Below, piece by piece: positions 37,524-48,650 of a stretch of 64,000 nt of DNA. Each line of letters starts with the position of its first letter. The stretch's first letter is position 1. A model generated the notes under the pieces. It had not been told where the DNA came from. It searched no databases and was given only the letters and a program-made list of their open reading frames with translations. Made by a program: the position numbers and the translations under genes. The stretch is from Anthoceros angustus (Eukaryota; Plantae; Anthocerotophyta): the NCBI GenBank assembly GCA_010909165.1, contig VJWM01000107.1, positions 496,001 to 560,000 of the forward strand. Reading direction: 5' to 3'.

Positions 37524-38292
37524 AGCCTAGGTGTGTGTGCAGCCGCCAATCTTAATTTGTGGGTGACGAAGGCCTTTAAGTGGCAGACACGTTTTGCAAT
37601 CTTCAAGAGCTACGTACCATTCAGAAACGGCCTTGCACCCTTCGCTTCAGTCATGTGTTTCTATTGCTCCTGCATCCTGTGTGTCTGGTAACCGAGTGGC
37701 CGTGATCGTTCAGTCCCATTGGCAACTGCGCATTGCTGTGAACTGTGTTGCAGCGGATGATCGTGAACCCGAGGGTGTCAGCAGCAGCCTGTTGTCAGAT
37801 GCTGGTGTGTGACTCTGTCTACAGGTTTGCTAAATGTTGATCAGCCGACTCCTGTCCAGGTCGCCACATGTCTGAGAGTTGCATGAAATAGCTAGGAAGT
37901 AGGATACTCATGTGTGTGACATTGCTGTAGCTGTGAGTGTCAGGTGTGAAGAACATATGCTAACCTAAGCTGTGTGCTAATCGGTGCAGCTGAGAGAATG
38001 TACCATCTAACAGGGCGTTCACTGCAAACCTGAAATCGGATGCGAGAGGACGGCTAACCGCCAACAACTCCACCGAACCTGGTGCATTGACGGCTGGTAG
38101 GAAGACATCGATTGACTGGAAGCTTGTGAGGCCAGTTGTGAACCTCAAGCCTCAGGGCTCCTATATTGCAACAAAACGGTATGATTGTTCTCCACGGATG
38201 TCTTTTGAGTACTCTGACCAGTCGACCGGAGATTTCGTCTGAAGCGTTGTCTCGCCAGGGACGGGAGATTTCGTCCCAAGTGTCGTCTTGCC

Positions 38293-39669
38293 ATGTCCCG
38301 TGATCAGTTGGCACTGGTAGATGCGCTGTCACCAGCGTTCAATTCCTTTCTCCCTGCCAGTGATGTGGTGGTGGTGCTGGAAGACTGGGACATCGAATTG
38401 GCACCAAATGGCAACGTTGCGAGCACCTGCGAATTCAGTCTGCACTCCCATGTGCTGAGGGCGCAGTCGGACTACTTCCGGGATCTACTTCCTGTTTGCA
38501 CAATTGTCCCGCCGGCTCACGATGCTGTGAGGTAGTGTACCAAGTCTCGTTCCCGGGAACTTGCAAGCCGGTTAGTCGACGATTGTGGCTGGAACTCATA
38601 ACTTTACTCACTAGGTTTGCTGTGAGCTAGAATATGCAGGACCAGGCTGCCGCTGCAGTGCGCGTACGAAACACGACCGTCTTCGTATTTGAAATGCTTC
38701 AATGCCATGTATCGGACTCATTTTCATGGAGATTTTGTAAGCAACCTGGCGCAGATCACAAGTGTGGACGAGGCTGTAGAGTTTCTGAAAGTGGCGGCCG
38801 CGATACGCTTCAGTGCTGGGGTGCAATACTCATTGCGTTACATTCAAGCTGCAACTGTGAATCCTGATGAGAACAGGTCCGTTTCACGCTATTTTGAAGT
38901 GCTCCATCTGTACTTTGTTGGAGATAGCGTGGCCGTGCGGCAGGACTACGAAAGTGATCCCCACGGCTTTGGTGTTGTCTTGAGTTGCAACTGTGAGCTC
39001 GTGAAGACTGTGTTCATCCGATCCTCGAGGACTGTGCTTAGTATCTGTCGCGTGGGTCTACAAATAGACAGGATGTGGAATTCTCGAGCTCTTGAGTCGG
39101 GGTTGCCTACAATGGCGGGAATGAGGTGCATGGTCAGCAGAATAATGCGGTTGCTGGACACGTCTGAGAATCTCGATGTCGCACACACGTGTATTGCAAA
39201 CATATTGGAGGATGACTTCTTGTGCTGCATGGGAGAGCGTTATCTTCGGGCTTCTACGGATGCAGTAACCATTGCTATGAGAACCCAAGCAGATACATTC
39301 GCTGAAGCACTCTACTTCATCTGGCTGCGAGTTATGGACGCAGTAGGCAGGGAGGAGGGAGCCATTGTTTGTGACGATGTCACCCAACAGAATGCTTTGC
39401 GTCAGAGCTTTTCTGTATGCAGGAAGCTGTTCCATGGTTCACATGCAACGGCTCATTTTGGGATACTTAGGGATGGGGAATCCAGGGTTTGTCACATGGC
39501 TTGTCCTGGAAAAGTCCCCATATCCATATCTTTCCGCTCGTATCTGCAAGCATTCTCTGATAAAAATAATGTCCCAGAGGTGACCATCAGAAGCTATGTT
39601 GACCGTCTCGCCCGTAGATGGCCTGAATTCGTTCGTTCACTACGGCCAGCAAACGAAGCAGAAGAATGA
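38293..39669 (+). CDS. Divergent BTB/POZ-like protein, array copy 3 (exons 38293-38531, 38640-39669)
   Basis: FNSFLPASDVVVVL...LHSHVLRAQSDYF; YLKCFNAMY; same intron position; most divergent copy. Confidence 0.6.
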
Positions 39670-40560
39670 GGAAGTAAGTTTGTCACTCGCATTAGTGTCT
39701 TGAAGAGATGGAAACGTTTCTCTCTCCATGAAAGTCACACAGTTTTGCCTTTCACCCAAGTTTGTAGTATTTGGGGATTATGAGGGCGAAGGAAATTCTT
39801 GTTTGTTACCATAGCATTGAACTAAAATGCAGATTCCTTCCATTTGATCAGCTCAAAGGGATCAAGGGCAACGACAGACCCCTTTCTTTTCTCATCTCCA
39901 AAACGGCTCTGCACCCTTCTTTAGTCATGTGTTTCTGTAGCTTCTGTCTAAAGGAGATAGAAAACTAGTGTTCGTTCCCATAGCATTGAACTGAATTGCA
40001 GACGCTTTTCACTTGACTAACTGAAACGGCAAACAGCCTGGACTAAAAAGCATGCTCCTATTGCTGGGGGGTATGCATCTTAGCGCAGCTAGGTACAATT
40101 TCCACACCACAGAAAAACGAAGCTAGGTACAGGTTGACAACCATTGGGTAAACAGTCTTAACCACCGGATCAATCCTGCTTAATGAACAGTCAATAGTCC
40201 ACAAAGAAAACTCTGGAGTGTCTCGAATCGTCGATCACTTTCTACAAAATGTGGCAATGGAGAGATTGTCTTGCGATCCATGGACGACACTTCTAGCTAA
40301 ACAAGTTGAGCAGAGGGAAGACGGTAGGGAGAACTCTGTAACGGAATGCTCATGGCCACCTTTCATCTGCCAATGGCCAAGTGATGGTGGAGGGGATGCA
40401 GGCACCTGCAGCAGAAGGTGGAGAGGGGAAACAGCCACAAGTTGCAGAAAACATTGAGTGCAGCAAGAGTAGAACAGTCCTGAACAAGGAGCAGACCTGG
40501 GCCAGATGTGACAACAGAACACATACTTCCTCCGGCGGCTCCATTTTGCATGGTCATATG

Positions 40561-40650
40561 GCACAATCACAGGAATCGTTTGAACTCAGGAATGAATTCA
40601 CACGATCATTCCTGAATTCAAACGATCCGTTGAGATTCCATTGTTTGTGC
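40561..40650. ncRNA. Candidate pre-miRNA-like hairpin 1
   Basis: Arms 40575-40595 and 40606-40626 pair at 20/21 positions, 10-nt loop; looser basal pairing GCACAA/TTGTGC. Confidence 0.45.
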
Positions 40651-40860
40651 CTGCAGGCCTCTATCCTGATTCACAATTGCCATCTGCAGTTATGCTGATG
40701 GTGAGCAGTGACTTGCTCTCAGTCTGGAGTGCGCATTCCTTGGCTACAGAAAGTCCCTGCAAGACGCGAGTTCAAGTACTACTCCCTAAAGACAATCCCG
40801 GCCCCGAATCCCGAGCGCTTTCTTGCAATTGGTCACCGAACCCTCTGTTGCTATCTTCAT

Positions 40861-41023
40861 CGGATCCGGGAGCACACCGGAGAAGGTTTGCATTTTTGTC
40901 TTTCTTTGCAAGACATCTGCTCCTCGCCTTGAGTGCCTCCAACCCGAAAGGCAGGGAGCAGATGTCTTACAAACCAAGACAAACACAAGTGAATATTCAC
41001 CGGTACCAGCGCTGCCGAGATCC
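40861..41023. ncRNA. Candidate pre-miRNA-like hairpin 2
   Basis: Arms 40895-40930 and 40948-40983 pair at 31/36 Watson-Crick positions, 17-nt loop; stem extends via CCGGAGAA/TTCACCGG and GGATC/GATCC. Confidence 0.5.
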
Positions 41024-41218
41024 AGCATCCAGCTGGAGCACGAGCGCATCGACAGGCCGGGGCGAGAATCGCATGACATGATGAATATCCTACTGCGGAT
41101 TCTAATTTCCAGGTGAAGTCTGCCTTGCAGCGTTGGCGAGTGAAGCCAAGGCTATTGGAGAAGAGAGCGCCGGTAGGCCATTCGACATGAAGCTTTGCGG
41201 CAGGCCTCCGGATAATGG

Positions 41219-41320
41219 TCCTGTGGTGCGCTGACGCGTCCACTCGTCCGGATAGCGTTTACGCTTGCCAGTATAGAACGATATCCGGACGAGTGGGCGC
41301 GTGATCGTTGGCCACAAAGG
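41219..41320. ncRNA. Candidate pre-miRNA-like hairpin 3
   Basis: Arms 41234-41260 and 41276-41302: 24/27 Watson-Crick plus 2 G-U pairs on the + strand; basal GTGG/CCAC extension. Confidence 0.45.
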
Positions 41321-41324
41321 AAAG

Positions 41325-42080
41325 AAGGTGGTGAGCTGGACGGTGCTGATAGCTGGATACCAATGCAAAATGTGGTGAACTGAAAGATGCACGGCAGGTC
41401 ACCGACAGCATGAACATAAAGAACGTAGTGACATGGACTACCCTGATTGCTGGGTATCAGGGAAGAGGATCTTGTTCTGTATGGACAACCGGAGCAAGAA
41501 GGCCTCATTTGGGCTAAACATGTTACTTTCGCTTGCGTTCTCAAGTCGTGTGCAAGCACGAGTGCCTTACAGACGGGCAGGGAGGAGCACTGTCAGATCG
41601 AGGAAAGAGGACTGTTGGATAACATACTGGTGGCGGAACTGTCTGGTGGACATCTATGCAAAATTTGGTGAACTGATGTACAGGACCTCCAGCAGCAAAC
41701 CGAGGGAAATCACCCTGCAGACCTCCTTGAGACCACGATGTCTTGCTAGTATTTGCTCATGATTTAGTTCTGATATCCGCTCCAACGACGGAATTGCAGA
41801 AGACGCTCAACGCTCTACAACAGCACTTTGAACAGAGCCATCTTAGGCTCAAACTTGGATCTCGAGTCGGATGCGTACTTGGGGAACCGTAGGACTAACA
41901 CACCTTAGCATGTGGAGACCAACCATGATTGCAGACGCATTTGATGACAGAGTCCCGACTGCAGCACAAGGGAAGGCGGGGAGCATCAGACGGAGGCATG
42001 CTGGATGACGTTGCAGTGGGCACCTGCCTGGTGGACATGTATGCAAGATGGGATGATCTGGAACGTGCGGTGAACTGACC
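41325..42080 (+). pseudogene. Degenerate PLS-type PPR fragments (inverted relative to the PPR gene at 43433-46959)
   Basis: Broken VVSWTVLIAGY, AKCGELKDARQV, GLIWAKHVTFACVLKSCASTSAL, NCLVDIYAKFGEL and GTCLVDMYARW segments, closely similar to the neighbouring gene's repeats. Confidence 0.8.
41680..41865 (+). mobile_element. LINE reverse-transcriptase fragment inside the PPR relic
   Basis: From 41743: LLVFAHDLVLISAPTTELQKTLNALQQHFEQSHLRLKL, matching the non-LTR RT (F/Y)ADD motif region with the catalytic D changed to H. Confidence 0.65.
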
Positions 42081-43432
42081 GAGGTCTCCATTGCTTATTA
42101 GGGGAGTCACTACCGTCTTCCACATATCCCCATTATGCAGCTTTCACTTGTCCTTGTGGCGTTGCGTTTCCATGCCAATGCTTAGAGCCTGGCAACCCCC
42201 CCGCCCAGGACAGTGATGTGGAGTGATAACAGAACACATTCGGTGCTGAACAGTGGTACACCAGGCTTGACAACACGGCTTCTTTTCCACAAGCTGAAGA
42301 TATTCAAGGTAAATTCACAACAGCACTTTCACGCATGGTTGCAACTCAATGAGGGCTGCTAGTAGCTCGGATCAGCCGGATGATAATGATCGATGCAGTC
42401 CATCGACCTTCAGAAACTCATCCAACTTGGTGTACGTTGCTTCATCACTGCTCATTCTGATACCTCTATCGCTCAAGATTTAACAAGCAAACTTTGTTCG
42501 CCCCAAGGCTGAAACAGAGCAACCACCTTTCAGTATACTGCTCCTGCCCCACAAAACATTCAAATACTGACTTGAGCTACTAGACAAAAACTCACGCTTG
42601 ATATTGCACTGGACGGAAAGCCATGTTCGAAATAGATACAAATACCGTGTCCCACCAACATGACTGTCTGAAACTACGACCTCGCATTCCTGGTTGGAGG
42701 CAACTTCTGACTGCATAGGCAAGATGTCGCCATCAAGCATACCGAAAAATCTAGGTGTGCATACAACATGAACAGCACTTGCATTAGTGATCAACACCCT
42801 CTGTCTACCAAGCACTGGTTGCAAAGTACCTAGCCACCTCTCAATGTGGTCATGTCTGGGAAGTAGAGAGAAGTGACAACTAAATCTACTCCAAACTGAG
42901 TATCTCATTTGGCATGAACGATTGCAATGCAACATAGAGTTAGAATTTTAACCACCAATGTCTCCTGAAATTTCTTTTCGTCGTAATTCCTAGAGACAGG
43001 TGTTCCATGTAAGGAACAGCCTTCACAAACTTTAATCAAAACACCGATGCAACACCAACTTCAACCGTACTACATACATCTGTCCAGGACCAGGTCACAG
43101 AAATTGTCGATGATTACTGCCTGGGGCAGAATGCTCTGCAGGTGAAATGCTGCGAAATACTTGCATAACTCATCCTCGTCATCCACATGTCTGCAAGCGA
43201 AGAACAGTTTTCATTTTGAGCCACATAATACATTTTCAACATCAAAAGAGGCATAAACATCCATTCCTATCTTGGAGTGACTGATGACTTACTTGACATT
43301 TTTCGATTTTAGCCACATACATTATCCATCATCAGAAGAGCAAGATGCTTGTCGACTCCTGACCTGATTTTGCAAAGAGACTCCTGACCTCCTTTGACCC
43401 CAATGAGCACTGGCTACACTTCTTCGTTTTTC

Positions 43433-46400
43433 TCACGGTCGATCCTTACAACTGCAACAACCAGCTGTAAATCGATGCACACGGTACCCATCCCTTACAA
43501 CAATGTCTCTCTGTTCAAGCCTTGACATAATCTTCGTGGAACTGTGGCAGTCACTGCACATGCGTAGATTCTTCGTTACCACCAGAGGTGTCCCACTCGG
43601 AGTGTTCAAGAGACCAAACGCTAAAGCTAGCTTCTCAGCATGCCCACAAAGCACATCTTCCTTTTCCTTCTCACACAGTGGCTTCAACACCAACTTTGTG
43701 TGAGGTAGGTGGCCTCCTTCCTGCTTCACGCGTGCGTTTGTGCTCTCTACCTTAAGCGCAATATCCTTTCTCCTTTCTCCCACCAGAAATCTGTGGACCT
43801 CCTTATTCACCTCAATGCTCGCCACTGCAGGTTTCTTGTTAGCTCCTGCTGCCCTTCTCTGTGTTTCAATCCTGTCTACATCGGTCCACCTACCTGCATC
43901 TGCGTAAGCATTGGCCATGAGCACATAGGCAGACGCCATTTGAGGGTCCAGCCTAACAATGCTTTCAAAACACCACACAGCCCTCTCTATATCCCCGTGA
44001 CTTTTGCAAGCATTCAACAAAGACGTCAAGCCCACAAAATTACTTTGGCCCTCACATGATAATAGCATCTTCTCTGCCTCATCTAAATGGCCGGCACGCC
44101 CAAGAAGATCAATCATGCAATTGTAATGCTCAATGGCAGGTTCGATGCCATGCTGTTCAGCCATGGAATCAAAGTGTTTGCGACCCTCGCGGACCAGTCC
44201 CTCATGACTGCATGCTGCTAGAAGGCAAGTGAAAGTAGCATCATTAGGCTGAACACTGGCAACTAACATCTCCTCAAAACAAGCTAGTGCCTTGTGACCT
44301 TCATCACAAGCACCATACCCAGATATCAGGGCATTCCATGTCACCACATCCTTTGTGCCATGCTGTCAAAAACCTGGCGTGCATCTTCCAGTTCACCACA
44401 TTTTGCATACATGTCCACCAGGTGCCCACCACGTTATCCAGCAGTCCTCTTTCAACAATCTGTGAGTGCAGCTGCCTGCCCTCCTCTGTGTTTCAATCCT
44501 GTCTACATCGGTCCACCTACCTGCATCTGCGTAGGCATTGGCCATGAGCACGTAGGCAGACGCCCTTTGAGGGTCCAGCCTAACGATGCTTTCAAAACAC
44601 CACGCAGCCCTCTCTATATCCCCGTGACTTTTGCAGGCATTCAACAAAGAAGTTAAGCCCACAACATTACTTTGGCCCTCACATGATAATAACATCTTCT
44701 CTGCCTCATCTAAATGGCCAGCACGTCCGAGAAGATCAATCATGCAGATGAAATGCTCAATAGTAGGTTTGATGCCATGTTGTTCAGCCATGGAATCAAA
44801 GTGTTTGCGACCCTCGTGGACCAGTCCCTCATGACTGCATGCTACTAGAAGGCAAGTAAAAGTAGCATCATTAGGCTGAACCGGCAACTAACATCTCCTC
44901 AAAACAAGCTAGTGCCTTGTGACCTTCATCACAAGCACCATACCCAGATATCAGGGCATTCCATGTCACCACATCCTTTGTGCCATGCTGTCAAAAACCT
45001 GGCGTGCATCTTCCAGTTCACCACATTTTGCATACATGTCCACCAGGTGCCCACCACGTTATCCAGCAGTCCTCTTTCAATCTGAGTGCAGCTGCTGCCC
45101 TTCTGTAAGGCACCAGTGCTTGCACAGGCCTTCAGAAGGCAAGCAAAAGTAACATGGTCAGCCAAAATGAGGCCCGCCTCCTCCATTTGTCCATACACAA
45201 CAAGCGCCTCTTGGCGAGTCCTTGCTGCATACCCAGCAATCAGGGCATTCCATGTCACCACATCCTTTGGCCATGCTGTCAAAAACCTGGCGTGCATCTT
45301 CCAGTTCACCACATTTTGCATACATGTCCACCAGGTTGCCCACTACATCATCCAGCAGTCCTCTTTCAACAATCTGTGAGTGCAGCTGCCTGCCCTTCTG
45401 TAAGGCACCAGTGCTTGCACAGGCCTTCAGAAGGCAAGCAAAAGTAACATGGTCAGCCAAAATGAGGCCCGCCTCCATTTGTCCATACAAAAAGCGCCTC
45501 TTGGCCGAGTCCTTGCTGTACATATCCAGCGATCAGCGCTGTCCATGTCACCACATCCTTTGTGGCCAACCTGTCAAAAACCTGTCGTGCATCTTTCAGT
45601 TCACCACATTTTGCATACATGTCCACCAGGCAGTTGCCTACCACAACATCATCCAGCAGTCCTTTTTCAACAATCTGTGAGTGCAGCTGCCTTCCCTTCT
45701 GTAATGCAACAGTGCTTGCACAGGCCTTCAGAAGGCAAGCAAAAGTAACATGGTCAGCCAAAATGAGGCTCTCCTGCTCCATTTGTCCATACACAACAAG
45801 CGCCTCTTGGCAGTCCTTGCTACCCAGCAATCAGGGCATTCCATGTCACCACATCCTTTGTGGCCATGCTCTCAAAAACCTGGCGTGCATCTTTTATTTC
45901 GCCACATTTTGCATACATGTCCACCAGGGCGTTGCCAACAAACAAGTTGGTAAGAACGCCGCTCTGCACCACATCACAGTGCACTTTTCTGCCAGATTCC
46001 AAGTCAGCAGCAAATGCACACGCTTGAAGGGCAGCTACAAAGACGAAAGCATCTGCCTTCACTCCTGACCTACGCATCTCATAGTACAGTTGTACGGCCT
46101 CGTTGGGTTTCCCATGCTTAGTGTATGCGGAGATTATGGAAGACCACATGAAGGCATCCGGTTTCCCCACTCTGGTGAGCACATCCATGGCCTCCTCTAG
46201 CCTACCTCCACATGCATACATGCGCAAGATATGGTTACCCAAGTATGCACTCGACTCGTACCCAAGTTTGGCAGTGAGATCATGAACTCGTCGCCCCGCA
46301 ACCAAATCCTTCTTAGCTGTACACAGTTTTAGCACAGTGTAAAACAGAGACTGAGAAACACCAGAGTTTGTCTGCGCCAGAGATTCCAGGGCTCCCACGG

Positions 46401-46959
46401 CCTCAGAAAGCTTCCCCTGCTGACATAACGTGCTCACGGTGACAGCACTAACGACGCCCATTTCCGATCCTGCACGCCTCCCAGGTTCAGGTTTATCCTG
46501 AAAGTTGGACTCGGAAGGAGGTGCACCATGGCCCATTTTCTTGTCCAAGGAAATGATCTGCTCATCAACCCAAGCTGGCTTAAACATGTTGTTTAGCCAC
46601 AGCACCTCGCCAGACCCCTTACGCCGGAAGTCAGGAGAACGGGAGCTCGTCTTGTCTCGTCTGTTATCCCACCACATGGTAGGGTCGAGAAAAAATTGTT
46701 GCCACAAGTGCTCCTGCCCCTGGCAACGACCGTAGCTGGAAAACCCATCCGTACCCACACACTTTCTCGGAAGTGGAAGCGCTGGGCTCCTTACACTGCT
46801 GCAACTGGAGGCTTTGCTTGCCAGGGGTCGACTCCCTAAGATGAAGTTAGCAGGAGCTCCTCGTACAATCCGAGTACACACACCAATTTGTTGGGTCCCG
46901 CCTGAAAGCCAATGAACTGCAAAGAGAAGAAAAGAAGCTTCAGCCTTCGCTGTGGCCAT
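43433..46959 (-). CDS. PLS-class PPR protein with N-terminal OSB-type PDF motif, E domains and a DYW:KP (U-to-C type) deaminase domain; frameshifted and partly duplicated in this sequence
   Basis: Transit-peptide-like start; WQQFFLDPTMWWDNR...SPDFRRKGSGEVLWL; P-L-S repeats; KKPAVASIEV; HAEKLA; CSDCH; ends CSCKDRP. Frameshifts at about 44350-45830. Confidence 0.85.
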
Positions 46960-47499
46960 CGTTCAGGGACCGCTGTCGGAGGTGCATGGACAAGAGTAAG
47001 CCGCGCACAAACGGGTCCTCTGTACGCGAATTAACCCACAGCCTCCACAGCAGGCAGGCCAGGGTTGGTGGACTCACCTGGACGGTGAAGGGCAGTGCCT
47101 ACAAAGCTGCTGACCAGCGGGCTGTGCTCAGGACCTGGGAAATTACTGCAGAATAGCAAGGCTGGACTGCACCTGGAGAAAGTAGTATTGGCACCTGCAC
47201 CTGCACTTCACCTGGACATTGTCACCTGCTCCTGGACCTGAACCTGCACCGGAGAATGTAGCCTTGGCACCTCAACCTTCTTCGCGCGAACAGGTGGCAG
47301 TCACACACAGAGACAGCTTCGTGGACAGTTGTGTCCTGTCCCAAGATTTCCCGAACATGAGCTCCTCTCCGCATCTCACTTTCCGACTTTTTGCCGCAGG
47401 TGATACGTCCAGGCTTGGCGACTTGGCGATGGACTCCCTCGCTTTCCAGAAGTTGGTGGGGTGGGACCTGGACTAGCACTCGAGCGCCAACCAGCCCAT

Positions 47500-48650
47500 T
47501 GATATGAGTCTCATTTTTTGTTTTGCGATAAGTATGAGTTTCATATAGTCCAATATATGAAAACTATACCATAAGTAACAAACATTATCCAATAAATAAT
47601 ATATATATTTATATCCAATTTATATTTATAACAAAAATTATTCAATATAAACTATATTATAAAATATATATTTATATATTATAAGTATATTTACTATATT
47701 ATAAAATTTAATTGTATTTATTGGCGATTTACACGAGGGAACCTGACACGCTTGATGACGGGCGGGTCCTATCCACAGGGCTTTTATTAAAATATATAGT
47801 TTTGGTTGCTAAATTCTATGAGCTTGAACATTGTTGTTGTCTAGAAATTGTTTCTATTCCCCATTTGTTATGTTGGTAAGTCTTGCAAAGTTTATGTCTT
47901 GTTGTGGCCTAGATTGGTGTCTTGCTCTTAATGCTTGAGTATCTTGTGTCTTGTTGTGGCCTAGGTTGGTGTCTTGCAATTAATTCTTCAATGGTTTATA
48001 GGTAGAATGTGAAGAAGATCTGACTTAGAAGGTTTTTCTAAATAAAAATAAAAATCATAAGGGCTCCCCTCTAGAATTGATTGTCTGTCAAGATCATGAG
48101 AGCTCCCCTCTAATCTATTAACGTTGTCTAATGAGTTGAGAAAGTGTTTTGGATCATGAGGGCTCCCCTTTGATCTACCATCCGATGAGATGAAAAAAAC
48201 CCTAAGTGGATTATCTAGAAAGCTTCTCAAGCTTTCTAGTAGGTCACCCATTCCAACACTAGTCCGGCATAAAGCTTCCTAGTAGGTCACCCATACCAAC
48301 ACTCTCCAGTAGGTAACCCATCCCAATACTGATCCGGCATAAGGGTGCTTCATTGCGCAGTTCCGAAGGGATCGGGTATAGTACAACAACAACAACAATT
48401 ATATTTATGTCCACTAAGGGTGGAAGAATTATCGTGGGACACAAATTGTATAGCTAAAAAGAGAAAAAAGAGATGGAAGAAAAACATACACATACACATA
48501 TATGAACTTGGAGACCGAAGCAATGCTAAAAGGAAATGATGCAATGTAAGGAAACAACCAAAACAATCAATAAACTACGTTGGAATAATTATGAGATTAT
48601 TCACTAAATAATTTATTTATTAGTACACGTCACCCGTATTGTCGTCACAC
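47500..48650. repeat. AT-rich, internally repetitive intergenic segment, probably TE-derived
   Basis: Very AT-rich 47520-47720; short direct repeats GTCTTGTTGTGGCCTAG x2, ATCATGAGGGCTCCCCT-like x3, TAGTAGGTCACCCAT-like x3. Confidence 0.4.

Noticed and set aside
41234-41260. Partial complementarity of hairpin 3 to the ABC transporter Walker B codons (about 20445-20462)
   Set aside because: Needs a bulge and has mismatches in the would-be miRNA 5' region; likely chance
42480-42935. 151-aa minus-strand ORF downstream of the PPR gene
   Set aside because: No recognisable motif or supporting exon structure
47050-47480. Pro/Ala-rich (APAP) short ORF
   Set aside because: Low complexity, interrupted by stops, no convincing start
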